Source of the DNA: a virus
Lineage: Duplodnaviria; Heunggongvirae; Uroviricota; Caudoviricetes
IMG/VR virus record: IMGVR_UViG_3300035520_000763
Span: 7,032-71,031 of that record
Strand: one strand, 5' to 3'
DNA: 64,000 nt
Made by a program: the position numbers and the translations under genes. Positions 19,942 to 29,999 of this stretch are shown here, in pieces (the stretch's first letter is position 1; each line of letters begins with the position of its first letter). The notes under the pieces are model-generated. The model was not told the origin of the DNA. It saw only the letters and a list, made by a program, of their open reading frames with translations, and did not search any database.

Positions 19942-21483
19942 CTAATTATCATTTAATTCTTCGTCTTTTGTCCTTGATCCAGCATCACTTATTTCCGTAT
20001 CACTAGATTCAGGTCTACCACCTTCAGAGCCAGATACAGTATTTGAACTCGTAAGATTTTGAAATCTCTCAGTAAGTCCTAATACATCATTCTCTAAGAA
20101 ATTCAAAGACAATGTATCTAATTCACTAAATCCATTAAGACTGTTAATCGCAAGAATATTAGGATAACCATACTGTAAATCTTTTTGCATAGATTCTTTA
20201 AATGCGTCTTTTGTATATGCAGAAATTTCAAAAAACTTTACTTTCGAAGGATTAGAAACCTGATAAGAGAGCATACGATTTGTCCAACCTTGAATCTGAC
20301 CTAGTAAATTTGAAATGGCAAATTCTGTATCAGCCCTTGTCGCTGAACGGAATGCCTCTGCACCAGAGATAGTAGAGGAGTTAAGAATCTGAGCACCGCC
20401 AGAAGTATTTAATACTTCTTTGGTTGCCTTCTGAACTTTCGTTGTGTCTGTTGCTTGGTCATCAGAGAATGAAATAGTGTCTAAGGGGATAGGCGTGATA
20501 GCAGCTCCCACATAGTCGGGCAAACTCTCGACCATTTTGTTATAATAGTCCACAGCCAAATCGACATTTACAGCCCACTGGTCTGGGTCAGTTGCCCCTG
20601 AAAGTGTAGGTATTGTTGCCGTGATTAACTTATAAATCTGTTGCTCATCAGCCACAGCCTGTACATCAGATAAATTAAGCAATCCTATTAAATCTATAAA
20701 TAATCCGCTGTAAATCGGGACAACTGTTTCCCAAGATTCAGCTCTCGACTTAGTACATATTGCGTATTCATTGGGCATAGGTTGCCATTTATTTTTATTA
20801 TTTCCACCATATGCCTTATACATGGAAGATAACGGTTCACCTAAAAATTCAAGAACATCTTCATATTTTTTGTAATTGCTCATGTCTACATAAAAAGAAA
20901 AGTCACCAGTAAAATACTTTCCAGAAATTTTGCAGTATTCTGGTGGGATTTTTAAAATGAACATACCTGTTTCATCTAACCAACAACAACCATAAAACAC
21001 ATCTTCAATAAAGTTATTGATTAGTGGTGAAAGCATATTATTCTGTAAATCCATTAATTCCAAGGTTTTTAAAGTTTCATAATAGGATTTCAAAATTGAT
21101 TCTTTATCATTATCCTGAGTTGGATCATATGGCGGTACAACATATCTTGCATTCAAATCAAACATTGTCGCATTGTACATTATTAATCTGAAATATACTT
21201 GACAACGATAGAAAAGGTAGCGGGAAAGTCCACGTAGTTCATCTTCGTAACTATCTATATTTTGAAGATATGTAATAACATTCTCTTTACTATAAGAACT
21301 GATAGATATCTGACGAACGGTTTTAGTTACATCACGAACTTGTTTAAAGGCTTGTTTTGACTGTTCAAAACGTTGCTGATTTTGTTGTAGTTTTTCCATA
21401 TACTGTTTTCGTTCAGCAGCAGTTGGTTGTTTCTTTGTAGTTGTAGGAGATGTTTCTGACATCTCTTTTTTAGATTGTGCCAT
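19942..21483 (-). CDS. portal protein
   Basis: 513 aa directly after the large terminase. Confidence 0.8.
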   Translation of the reverse strand: MAQSKKEMSETSPTTTKKQPTAAERKQYMEKLQQNQQRFEQSKQAFKQVRDVTKTVRQISISSYSKENVITYLQNIDSYEDELRGLSRYLFYRCQVYFRLIMYNATMFDLNARYVVPPYDPTQDNDKESILKSYYETLKTLELMDLQNNMLSPLINNFIEDVFYGCCWLDETGMFILKIPPEYCKISGKYFTGDFSFYVDMSNYKKYEDVLEFLGEPLSSMYKAYGGNNKNKWQPMPNEYAICTKSRAESWETVVPIYSGLFIDLIGLLNLSDVQAVADEQQIYKLITATIPTLSGATDPDQWAVNVDLAVDYYNKMVESLPDYVGAAITPIPLDTISFSDDQATDTTKVQKATKEVLNTSGGAQILNSSTISGAEAFRSATRADTEFAISNLLGQIQGWTNRMLSYQVSNPSKVKFFEISAYTKDAFKESMQKDLQYGYPNILAINSLNGFSELDTLSLNFLENDVLGLTERFQNLTSSNTVSGSEGGRPESSDTEISDAGSRTKDEELNDN

Positions 21484-21555
21484 TTATTAGATAAACACCT
21501 CCTTTCGAGATTTTTGTATTTTGATTTTAAGATTATATTTTTCGTGATTGTGGGA

Positions 21556-23607
21556 CTATATTTTTCTGGATTTTGGTCGAGTCGGTTGACGGATTGGAAG
21601 TTTGTTGATTAGACCCTTTGTATCTGTTTGAATTCTTCTATTCGTTATGTTTTTTCTTCTTTCACACATCAAGCCAAACGAGATCATACACGCCGTATAC
21701 GACCTATCATCATGGAGCTTATTAGCTTTTTCAGGCGTAAGTTCAAAAGAGTCTTTTCCAGAATCTCTTTTTTTTCGAACCATATTAACTAATTCCTCTT
21801 TTAAAGCATCCATATTTGCTAAAGCAATTTTATCTTGCCAATCGAGTTTAATTATCTTAGTATTTACTGATTGTATCTTCCCAAGTTCATCATTTAGCTT
21901 TACTTCAAATTCCTTCTCATTTAATTTCTGCTTTTTTAACTCTTTTGTGATTTCTTCCCTCGCAGCTTTTAATTTTTCTTCATCTATATCAAAAGTAGTT
22001 AAATAATCTTTATTGTCATATGGAGCAGTAAAACTAATTTTATCTTGATTCATCAATTCAATCATTGCTTCATACATTTCTGATTTATAAGCAGCAGGAG
22101 ACATAAGATGTACTTTATCAACAGCATTAGGAAATTTCTTTACATATTCTGCCGAATATTCTTTATCAATTAACCCTCTATGTACAATACCGGCAGAATC
22201 TGTCCAATCAGGCATCAGGTAGTCAGCGATGTTGACACCACCACCCCCGCTTCCTGCGTCAATGTATATACCTACTATATTCCCATATGCATCAGCACCA
22301 CCATTGTAGTCTAATATTACTTTTTTCAAATACTCAATTTGATCTGGTGTTTGCATAGGCGATTTTATTTTCTTACCGACATCAATAAGATTTATACAAT
22401 TCACTAATCTAACACGCTTATCTATACTTCCGTCTACTTGTTCAAATTCATATAATTCTCCAACTAAAATAACAGAATTATCTCTGGAACGAGCCGGATC
22501 GTATGAGATGATGAATTTTTTATCACCTGTGTCATTATATAGAAGGGGTTTTCTTACTTCTTCATTTCTTGTAATAACACCACGCTTAATAATGGCATCA
22601 CTTCCAGCTTCTGTGGTAAATTCACAGTAATATTCACGCCTAGCTTTTTCGGGGTTTGTTCTCATTTCAGATTCAACAGAAGAACGAGAGAGTAGTGGAG
22701 ATATTATTTCACCATGAAGAGTTGGTTTAAAAGCAATTTCACAATCTATATGTAATACGCAATAATCAGGATCACCAATAATTTGTTTTTTTGAAAAGTC
22801 TCTATATAGTTTCCAAAATTTAGTGTCAGTAGATGAAGCAGAACTAATATAAAATTTTTGATATGGAATTTCTTGTGGATAGCATCTTTGCCTAATAGGG
22901 TCAATAGATTTACCATCTTGCGTTTTACCGGTTTTCAGACTTCTTTCTACAATAGCAAAGGCACTATAAACATTCATCATTTCTTCTGATAAGAAGCCAC
23001 TTTCATCAAAAATTATGCTGCCTCGAAACCCCCTTTTAGCGTCTATATTACTATTAAGAGTCATTGTCATGGAATTATTATAATTTGTATATTTGAATCC
23101 ATTTGACGAATGGCTGAATCCGTCACCAGCAGCATTATTTATTTCAACTTCATTCTTAAATATATAACCAGTAGAACCTTGAAAAGTGTCAATATTATCA
23201 TTTGCCAAACGTTCTAATGTGGTAAAAGTTTGTTCAGCCTGACCGCCAGAACCGCTTGCAATGTAAGCCCAATAGTTGCAAAAACACATATCTTTAGCCA
23301 TTAACTCTAAATCAATTACTGTGCTTTTACCGAAACCTCTTGTGCATACACAAAGCACATTTGGACATATCCAACTCCTCTGTACCATAAGTGCTTGCGC
23401 ATCTAAAAGTTCTATATTGAACATGATATCAATCATCTTCACTGGATTGCATTGAAAATATTTTTGCATATTTGCAATTTTCACCAATGATTCTACTTTC
23501 CGCATAGACATATTATAAGATTGCGGTTTGACATAGATACCGTATTGCTTATATATATCTTTGTCATAATCTAAGTATAACTCATTTACATAATCAATTT
23601 TCCTCAT
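21556..23607 (-). CDS. terL: terminase large subunit
   Basis: Walker A TRGFGKST, Walker B IIFDESGF, nuclease ISYDPARSRD and HDDRSY. Confidence 0.92.
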   Translation of the reverse strand: MRKIDYVNELYLDYDKDIYKQYGIYVKPQSYNMSMRKVESLVKIANMQKYFQCNPVKMIDIMFNIELLDAQALMVQRSWICPNVLCVCTRGFGKSTVIDLELMAKDMCFCNYWAYIASGSGGQAEQTFTTLERLANDNIDTFQGSTGYIFKNEVEINNAAGDGFSHSSNGFKYTNYNNSMTMTLNSNIDAKRGFRGSIIFDESGFLSEEMMNVYSAFAIVERSLKTGKTQDGKSIDPIRQRCYPQEIPYQKFYISSASSTDTKFWKLYRDFSKKQIIGDPDYCVLHIDCEIAFKPTLHGEIISPLLSRSSVESEMRTNPEKARREYYCEFTTEAGSDAIIKRGVITRNEEVRKPLLYNDTGDKKFIISYDPARSRDNSVILVGELYEFEQVDGSIDKRVRLVNCINLIDVGKKIKSPMQTPDQIEYLKKVILDYNGGADAYGNIVGIYIDAGSGGGGVNIADYLMPDWTDSAGIVHRGLIDKEYSAEYVKKFPNAVDKVHLMSPAAYKSEMYEAMIELMNQDKISFTAPYDNKDYLTTFDIDEEKLKAAREEITKELKKQKLNEKEFEVKLNDELGKIQSVNTKIIKLDWQDKIALANMDALKEELVNMVRKKRDSGKDSFELTPEKANKLHDDRSYTACMISFGLMCERRKNITNRRIQTDTKGLINKLPIRQPTRPKSRKI

Positions 23608-24928
23608 CTGACACCTCATTTACTTGACTTTCAGTGTCGATATTTTCATTTTTAATTTTATCCTCATCTGCATTAAAAACAGAATACAAGTCTCTTAAAT
23701 CTACAAGATTCTTGTTTATATCAATATTGTTATCATTCATGTAATCCTTTAGGTCTAAATTTTCACGAAGCAGAATGCGGTTAATTTCTTTATATGAATT
23801 GCGTTCCTTTCTTAATTCAGAATTAACACTACGCATTTCGGCAATCATATCAGACCAATCAGATTCATCTAGGCGAAGTTGCTTAAATATGGAAGCATCA
23901 CTTATTTCTTGTACCTGTTGCATACCTTTACAAGTAGCAATATCAAAACCATTTACTTCGCCTTCTCTAAGATTTAAATCTTTAATCCTTTTTATTTTAC
24001 CAGTCCAAGTGTTTTCGCCTTTTTTAGCATTTTTGTTGTACTTTAAAGAGATACAACTGTCTTGTGCCAAGTTTGTAATAACAGAAGTAATCTTTCCTTT
24101 GCTATCCTGTAAAGAACGAATAGTTGCAGAATTTTTTTCAATATCATTAACATCTGACATAAGTTTTGCAACCGTATCATCAATTTTGGATTGTTGAAGA
24201 AAACCACGAACAATAGCAATAGCAGAAGAAGTACGCATCATATCTTCATTAGCATCTTCACTTGCATCAAGTAGTCCTAACAATTGAGAATATAAAAAAG
24301 GTTGGTCTGCTAAATCTTCTTTCTCAAATGGGTCGTAATTTAATAATCTTACGACATCCTCTTTATTTTTTATAAAACTATCATATGTATCTTGTCCCAT
24401 ATGTTGTTCTATTAATTTTGATTCGTCTTGTGGTTTCTCGTCATCATAGACAACCTTTTCCTTAAAGAAGTCTGAATCAAAATAAGTTAAGCCAACATAA
24501 TTTACCATTTGGATGTTTTTCGAATATGCAGACCACACATTATGTTTTACTTTTCCAGCAACCAAATTTTCAGATTCTTGAATACTGGCATTCCACACAG
24601 TATTAAGAAAGGGCTTTTGTAAATATTTAAGAGCTAGGATAACGCTTTCTTTCGTAGGTTCGTGTTCTTCTCCATTCTTATCTACACGTAAAGCGATTTT
24701 TCTCGCACATTCACGGCAGATAGGAGTACAGGTTGTCTCGCCGTACATAGGATCGGTATTTATATAAAATCCTTTTTCTCTATCTTTATGTTTTTTACAC
24801 ATCAGGCAAAAAGCTGTACTTTCAAATTTATCCAATTTCTCTTGTAGTTCATTTACTTTTTCTCTTGCTTGCACAGCCGTCAATTTAGCCGGTTGTACTT
24901 CTTTTTTTGTAGCCAAATTAACGACCAC
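23594..24928 (-). CDS. putative terminase small subunit (N-terminal Zn finger)
   Basis: CLMC...CREC, helical C-terminus, overlaps the terL start. Confidence 0.55.
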   Translation of the reverse strand: MVVNLATKKEVQPAKLTAVQAREKVNELQEKLDKFESTAFCLMCKKHKDREKGFYINTDPMYGETTCTPICRECARKIALRVDKNGEEHEPTKESVILALKYLQKPFLNTVWNASIQESENLVAGKVKHNVWSAYSKNIQMVNYVGLTYFDSDFFKEKVVYDDEKPQDESKLIEQHMGQDTYDSFIKNKEDVVRLLNYDPFEKEDLADQPFLYSQLLGLLDASEDANEDMMRTSSAIAIVRGFLQQSKIDDTVAKLMSDVNDIEKNSATIRSLQDSKGKITSVITNLAQDSCISLKYNKNAKKGENTWTGKIKRIKDLNLREGEVNGFDIATCKGMQQVQEISDASIFKQLRLDESDWSDMIAEMRSVNSELRKERNSYKEINRILLRENLDLKDYMNDNNIDINKNLVDLRDLYSVFNADEDKIKNENIDTESQVNEVSDEEN

Positions 24929-24957
24929 CTCCTTTTAATCCAATAAAAAAAAGAGTA

Positions 24958-25989
24958 TTAACCTACTCTTTTTTGCTCATCTAATTTATGCATTTGATAT
25001 TCTTCCTCGTATAACCAAATATACCCCTTGTAACTAGACTTTATATGTCTACAACATTGTGAAATCATATTTTCATGAAATCCATTTCGTCCCGCTTCAT
25101 GAATAGAGTTAAAAATATTTATTATATGATAATCATTATCAATTTGATAAATTTTATGTACTTTTACAGATTCCAATTTTCTCTTTGCTTCATCACAATA
25201 TTTTTTATCAATAATTCTATCTTTATCATTAACAAATTTCCATATATATCCATAAGCAGATAAAGAATGATGGTTGCAACAAGAATTAATCTTTGAAGGA
25301 TTAAAACCGGCTTCCTTTATTTCACAGCCATGATTCCATATTTTTATTAAATTTCCATCTAAATCATATTGTTCAACAGGTTTCTTTTGCTTCCTATTTA
25401 AATGATAATCTATATCAAAATTATCATAATCATCTTTATATATCCAAATAAATCCTTTAACTGTTTTACTAATTCCTTTATTGCAACAAGAGTAAATTCC
25501 GCGACTGTCTATATTATTATTCTTCGCCACTTGTGCTACACTCCAATATTCTGCAACAATATTTCCATCAAAATCAATTTGTAAAACTTCCTTTGGATTC
25601 CTTATTTGACTAAAATATTTTCGTTGTTCATCTGTCCATTCTACAGTTGTATAATTGTCTTGTCCTCCAGATGTCATATTATATCCATTTTTAAATGAAT
25701 CATAATAATCAATCCAGTATTTTTCTCTGTCGTTTAAATCAGTTTCTTCACAAATCTCTAATATTTCAAAATCAAAACAATCTCCATTGTATTTATTCCA
25801 TGCATTAACAAGCCCTTTATTTTCCGATGGATTTGAACTCTTACAACATTCTAAATGTTCTCTTAATCTTTTCCTTATATCTTTGGCTTGTCCTATATAC
25901 ATATTATGACTATATATGTTTTCTATCTTGTATATTCCTGTAATATTCCAATCAATCACTTTTAAATTTTCCAAATCTAATTTCTTCAT
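24958..25989 (-). CDS. free-standing GIY-YIG homing endonuclease with NUMOD1-like repeats
   Basis: TGIYKIEN...MYIGQA...R...E..REKYWI...GYN; three repeated V.QYDLDGN...I...C...KG(F/Y)IW units. Confidence 0.88.
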   Translation of the reverse strand: MKKLDLENLKVIDWNITGIYKIENIYSHNMYIGQAKDIRKRLREHLECCKSSNPSENKGLVNAWNKYNGDCFDFEILEICEETDLNDREKYWIDYYDSFKNGYNMTSGGQDNYTTVEWTDEQRKYFSQIRNPKEVLQIDFDGNIVAEYWSVAQVAKNNNIDSRGIYSCCNKGISKTVKGFIWIYKDDYDNFDIDYHLNRKQKKPVEQYDLDGNLIKIWNHGCEIKEAGFNPSKINSCCNHHSLSAYGYIWKFVNDKDRIIDKKYCDEAKRKLESVKVHKIYQIDNDYHIINIFNSIHEAGRNGFHENMISQCCRHIKSSYKGYIWLYEEEYQMHKLDEQKRVG

Positions 25990-26033
25990 TCATTTAGCCT
26001 TCTTTCCCTAGCTTCCAAACACTTAATAAAACA

Positions 26034-26094
26034 GTGGAAGAGTGGTGAGGCTAGTTACCACATCACAAGGTTTGCAACTCCTTGCGTCTTCCAC
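26034..26094 (-). ncRNA. three-way-junction RNA upstream of the GIY-YIG gene (c4-antisense-like architecture)
   Basis: Outer stem GUGGAAGA/UCUUCCAC, hairpins CAAGG/CCUUG and GUGGU/ACCAC; the loop CUAGCCU is complementary to the RBS region AGGCUA/GCUAG. Confidence 0.45.
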
Positions 26095-26100
26095 CAAAAT

Positions 26101-26174
26101 CGCCAACCATCAGACTCGAACTGACAAAGCCCATCATAACCGACAAGCCGTTTTCCCATTTAAACTATGTTAGC
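26101..26174 (-). pseudogene. tRNA-like element with a non-canonical anticodon arm
   Basis: Acceptor GCUAAC/GUUGGC, D-arm GUUU/AAAC with GG, T-arm GUCAG-UUCGAGU-CUGAU; the anticodon arm is extended and G-U-rich, with no clear 7-nt loop. Confidence 0.55.
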
Positions 26175-26279
26175 GTACAAATCATACTTATAATTTCTCT
26201 ATTCCTCGTTCCAATTAAAACCAAAATATGTTATAATAAACCAAATCAACAACATAACTACAAAGAGAGGAGTCAAACT

Positions 26280-26513
26280 ATGCTTATATCAGGTGAAATA
26301 ACATGTTCTAAATGCAATAACATAATTGAATGGGAATATTTAGTACCACAAAGATTGAGTTCAAGAACATTACAAGTAGATAAATTAGACAAAAGTAAAG
26401 TGCGTCCTACAAAATTATCTAAAACAGATACAAATGAATATACATTTGAATGTAGATGTAAGAAATGTGATGCTTTAAATCGGTTCACTTATTACACTGA
26501 ACTTCGTTTATAA
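26280..26513 (+). CDS. 77-aa Zn-ribbon protein (antisense moron)
   Basis: MLISGEITCSKC...CKKC; SD GAGGAG; upstream TG-n-TATAAT at ~26229-26237. Confidence 0.65.
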   Translation: MLISGEITCSKCNNIIEWEYLVPQRLSSRTLQVDKLDKSKVRPTKLSKTDTNEYTFECRCKKCDALNRFTYYTELRL

Positions 26514-26684
26514 TTCAACTTGAAATTCAACAATATACTCATCATCAATGGATTGTTCCGTAATTTTTACACATTCATTCCAATGCTCTTTCACATAATC
26601 TGCAATAGCAGTAGATACTTTCTCCTTAATCTCAACAGAAGAAGTATCTATTTCTTTATTGTCAAAAATTTTAATTCCTACCAT
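26508..26684 (-). CDS. 58-aa hypothetical protein
   Basis: MVGIKIFDNKEIDTSSVEIKEKV...; SD AAGGAG. Confidence 0.6.
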   Translation of the reverse strand: MVGIKIFDNKEIDTSSVEIKEKVSTAIADYVKEHWNECVKITEQSIDDEYIVEFQVEL

Positions 26685-26794
26685 ATATTTCTCCTTTTAA
26701 TCTATTTCATTCCAAACAAAAAGAGCCGTATATTTCAACGACTCTTTTACCGATTGACCGCCAGATCAATCATAACTGTATTTAATTTGAAAAA

Positions 26795-27505
26795 TTATTT
26801 ATTGTCAACATTATGTTCTTTAATATGTATTAGAAAACTTCTTAATACAATTCGTATACGATATTTTTCGTATCTTACTTTTCTACATAAGAATATAAAA
26901 AATAAAATGATTAAAATTATTATTTCAATACAATAAAATTTATAATGTGAAGAATATTTCAATATCATATATAAATCTAAAATTATATTTGAAATACATC
27001 CTAAAAATAAAGAACGGCTCATTTCAGAAATTGCAATCATTTTATCAGGTTTATATATTAAATTATTTTTCTCACAAGTATTCAAACAATATGAAAAAAT
27101 TAATGAATTTAAAGCTTTTTCTTGTTCTTTATTCATATGGTCGATATTTTTGATATTAAAAAAATTAACATAATAATCTCTAATATGCATAGCATCTTTA
27201 TAAGATAATTCATCATTAAAAATTTTTCTATATTTTTCTTCTGTTAAAAATATTTCTCGTGGGTTCCCACCATATAAAATTTTATACAAAAATAGGTTAT
27301 CAAAAATAGTACCAATTTCTTGATAAATTACACCAAATAAATAGCTGATTATAAAGAAAACTATATATTTTTCATTTCCAAAACTTTCCCATAAATCATA
27401 ATATTCATATGACAAAGAAACACTAAAAGAAGTAGAAATTATAATCCCAGGAATCAACATCGTAAACAAATCAAAAACATTAAATTTTTCTACAAAACTG
27501 TCCAT
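26795..27505 (-). CDS. four-helix membrane protein (moron)
   Basis: FDLFTMLIPG...YLFG.IYQEIG plus two C-terminal TM helices; very low GC; own TATAAT at ~27545. Confidence 0.65.
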   Translation of the reverse strand: MDSFVEKFNVFDLFTMLIPGIIISTSFSVSLSYEYYDLWESFGNEKYIVFFIISYLFGVIYQEIGTIFDNLFLYKILYGGNPREIFLTEEKYRKIFNDELSYKDAMHIRDYYVNFFNIKNIDHMNKEQEKALNSLIFSYCLNTCEKNNLIYKPDKMIAISEMSRSLFLGCISNIILDLYMILKYSSHYKFYCIEIIILIILFFIFLCRKVRYEKYRIRIVLRSFLIHIKEHNVDNK

Positions 27506-27678
27506 AATCTTATATCTCCACGAATAAATTTATGAAGATATTATACCATATACTAATATAGTTTTCTATCTCGGCTTTCTTATTTTATGTCTAAAATTAT
27601 AGATTACCAAAAATATATGTACCAAGTTCCGCAAATTAAACTAGATGGTACAAATAAAAGAGTATATACTTTTCCAAT

Positions 27679-27928
27679 AAAAAGACCTATATGTTTTGAC
27701 ACATATAAGCCCTAAAAATATTTCTATTAAATTATATTTTTAATATAGGGTTCGTTGCCGATTGTATTTTTCTCCATACTTAGCTTTTGGCTAATCCAGC
27801 GATTGTCTCTTGTGCGAACACAAAACGCAGCTGGCATCTCCCAATCCCTATATGTTATTTTTAAAATAAAATTTCTTTATTTATAGGCAATCAAAAAAGA
27901 CCTATATGCTTTGATACACATATAAGTC
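27679..27928. repeat. two imperfect direct repeats (terminator-like hairpins on the minus strand) bracketing the structured element
   Basis: AAAAAGACCTATATGTTTTGACACATATAAG (27679-27709) and AAAAAAGACCTATATGCTTTGATACACATATAAG (27893-27926). Confidence 0.7.
27743..27853. ncRNA. compact multibranched structured RNA candidate
   Basis: Closing stem AUAUAGGG/CCCUAUAU, GAUUG/CAAUC, CCAGC/GCUGG, UUGUG-UUCG-CACAA, UUAGC/GCUAA; GC-rich island in an AT-rich spacer. Confidence 0.4.
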
Positions 27929-27973
27929 AAAAAAATAATATTATTCTTTTTTCAAAATAGAATAATATGTTTT

Positions 27974-28270
27974 TTAATCTAAATCTAAATTTTCATGTTC
28001 CATAAATTCATCAAAATCCTCATCGCCAATCATGTCAGATACATCATTTATATCATCAAGTTCACTTTCTAACTCATTTAAACATTTCTCGTCAAAATCA
28101 ACTTTCTTAATATCATCGTCTTTATATTGTTTCCTTGTCTGCTCTATAATGAAATCAATTTTTTCATCTGTCTCCATACATTCATAAAAATCGTCGATCT
28201 CAAAATATACTTCGACTTCATTTTCTACTCCATTTGTTTTTATAATATTAACAAATACTGAATATTTCAT
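27974..28270 (-). CDS. very acidic hypothetical protein (moron)
   Basis: Start MKYSV (SD GGAGG); own promoter TTGACA-16-TATAAT at ~28306-28333. Confidence 0.7.
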   Translation of the reverse strand: MKYSVFVNIIKTNGVENEVEVYFEIDDFYECMETDEKIDFIIEQTRKQYKDDDIKKVDFDEKCLNELESELDDINDVSDMIGDEDFDEFMEHENLDLD

Positions 28271-28414
28271 AATTATTTCCTCCATTTATATTAGATTATA
28301 TCCAAATTATATAACATATTGGTATCTTGTCAAGTTTAAATGGATGCATCTGGGGTTCACACCCAAAATAGGAGAGCAGTAGTGTAACGACTACTCTCCA
28401 ATATGAAAAATCAA

Positions 28415-28708
28415 TTATTCTTTTTCTCTCCAAATTAAATCAGTAGAATATTCAAGGGTATCAACCGGAATGAAATCTGTTGCCTTATAACTATTCAATA
28501 ACTCAATACATTTCTTCTCTAATTCATCTCTATCCTCTGTCGCATAGACAACAACCTCTGTTTCACCGGTAGGAACTAATACAGTTTCAGTTTTAACTTC
28601 CTGAGTTTCATCGTCAGTAACTTCTTTCGTTTCTTCTTTTGTAATGTCCTGTTTTACGGTAAGAAATCTGTATAAATTAGATTTATCTTTGATTAAAATT
28701 GAATACAT
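28415..28708 (-). CDS. hypothetical protein
   Basis: 97 aa, SD GGAGG. Confidence 0.7.
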   Translation of the reverse strand: MYSILIKDKSNLYRFLTVKQDITKEETKEVTDDETQEVKTETVLVPTGETEVVVYATEDRDELEKKCIELLNSYKATDFIPVDTLEYSTDLIWREKE

Positions 28709-28722
28709 AATAATCCTCCATC

Positions 28723-29202
28723 CTACAATACAACATCTGTAGACTGTTCAATATTGTTAGCAAGAGCACGAATCTCAGTTAACTTCTCAGATACAGCAGT
28801 CTTAATTTTCTCAATGAACAATACTGCATAAGCCTGTCCCAAAAGTTCAGGAGAATTAAATACAGTATTATTTTCATATTCTGCTGAAGGAATCTTGTCA
28901 ATATCAATTACTAACTCAGCAGCGAAATTCTCATCAAGAGCAATTTTCTTATTGATTAAATTCTTAATTGTAACTTCTTCAATATCTGTATCATCAGCAG
29001 GATCACTTGTCACAATAGGAACTCCGTTAGAAAGTTTCATACCGCTTGAAAAATCAATCGTGGCATATTCGATTGTCCTTGTAAAATTATGAAGCTGATT
29101 TTTTTCAGTATCCAAGTCTATCACACTGTTACCGAGTTCAACTGCACTTATTTTAGCAGTAATAATATTTTCATTAATTTCAATATTCTGTGTTAATTTC
29201 AT
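28723..29202 (-). CDS. hypothetical protein
   Basis: 159 aa, SD GAGG. Confidence 0.7.
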   Translation of the reverse strand: MKLTQNIEINENIITAKISAVELGNSVIDLDTEKNQLHNFTRTIEYATIDFSSGMKLSNGVPIVTSDPADDTDIEEVTIKNLINKKIALDENFAAELVIDIDKIPSAEYENNTVFNSPELLGQAYAVLFIEKIKTAVSEKLTEIRALANNIEQSTDVVL

Positions 29203-29231
29203 TTTACATTTTCCTCACTTTCTCAATATTC

Positions 29232-29519
29232 TCAACTATTTGTATCATCTAACTGACTGTATAATTCTCTCAAATTTACCACAATATTCTTAATCGTGTC
29301 CCTATCAAGAGAACACTGCAAATCCTGATATTTTAAATCAGTGTTATCTATCAAAAAGTCTACCTTATTTGTATCATGATTTACTTCAAATTTAGCAATA
29401 GTAGAAGATGAGAAGAGTAGTTCTAACTCTTCTAATGTCTTGCCATTATCACTTCGAATACTACGAACTTCACCTAATTTTAAAGGTCTTTCGATATTTA
29501 AATCTGACAAATATATCAC
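29232..29519 (-). CDS. hypothetical protein
   Basis: 95-aa ORF. Confidence 0.6.
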   Translation of the reverse strand: MIYLSDLNIERPLKLGEVRSIRSDNGKTLEELELLFSSSTIAKFEVNHDTNKVDFLIDNTDLKYQDLQCSLDRDTIKNIVVNLRELYSQLDDTNS

Positions 29520-29559
29520 CTGCTTTCTTTTATATTTTTTTTCTTTTTTATCTTTATAG

Positions 29560-29632
29560 CTGACATAGTAGGACTCGAACCTACGACATACAGATTAACA
29601 GTCTGTCGTTCTACCTTCTGAACTATATGTCA
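29560..29632 (-). tRNA. tRNA-Asn (GUU), CCA not encoded
   Basis: UGACAUA/UAUGUCA acceptor, GUUC/GAAC D-arm, ACAGA-CU-GUU-AA-UCUGU, GUAGG-UUCGAGU-CCUAC. Confidence 0.95.
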
Positions 29633-29744
29633 AAAATAGGAGAGGAGCGACCTCTCCAAAAACATAATAATAGGATGGTAATTCCTATAGCCCGTTTGTT
29701 ACCGGCAAACCGACTGTTTTATTATGTCAAATTGTGCGCTGCGC

Positions 29745-29813
29745 AAGCCATATCAGGATTCGAACCTGTATTTCCGGTCAAGACCAGCGTTCTTTCCGTT
29801 GAACTAATGACGC
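29745..29813 (-). pseudogene. degenerate tRNA with a 4-nt anticodon loop
   Basis: Intact D-arm (GUUC/GAAC) and T-loop (CAGG-UUCGAAU-CCUG); anticodon stem CUGGU/ACCGG closes only CUUG; imperfect acceptor stem. Confidence 0.6.
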
Positions 29814-29999
29814 ACACAGGTAGAAGAACAGCGGGTGCAAATTCTTCAATTGAACAACAGCGTAAAGCACTAACTAGCTGTATTCCGGATTCCCGGATAT
29901 CCAGTTTTAAGTTATTAAACTTTGCGTAATACTTTGATAAGGTTTAATGTCTCTTATCCGACATACATTTTGTTTGCCCATTCAAGGGTTCTTTTTTGT

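Noticed and set aside
21556-23619. Intein or intron in the terminase
   Set aside because: Continuous ORF of normal size with no C/S...HN intein ends; only a short helical insertion
29627-29929. 100-aa plus-strand ORF
   Set aside because: Antisense to the tRNA cluster; no SD
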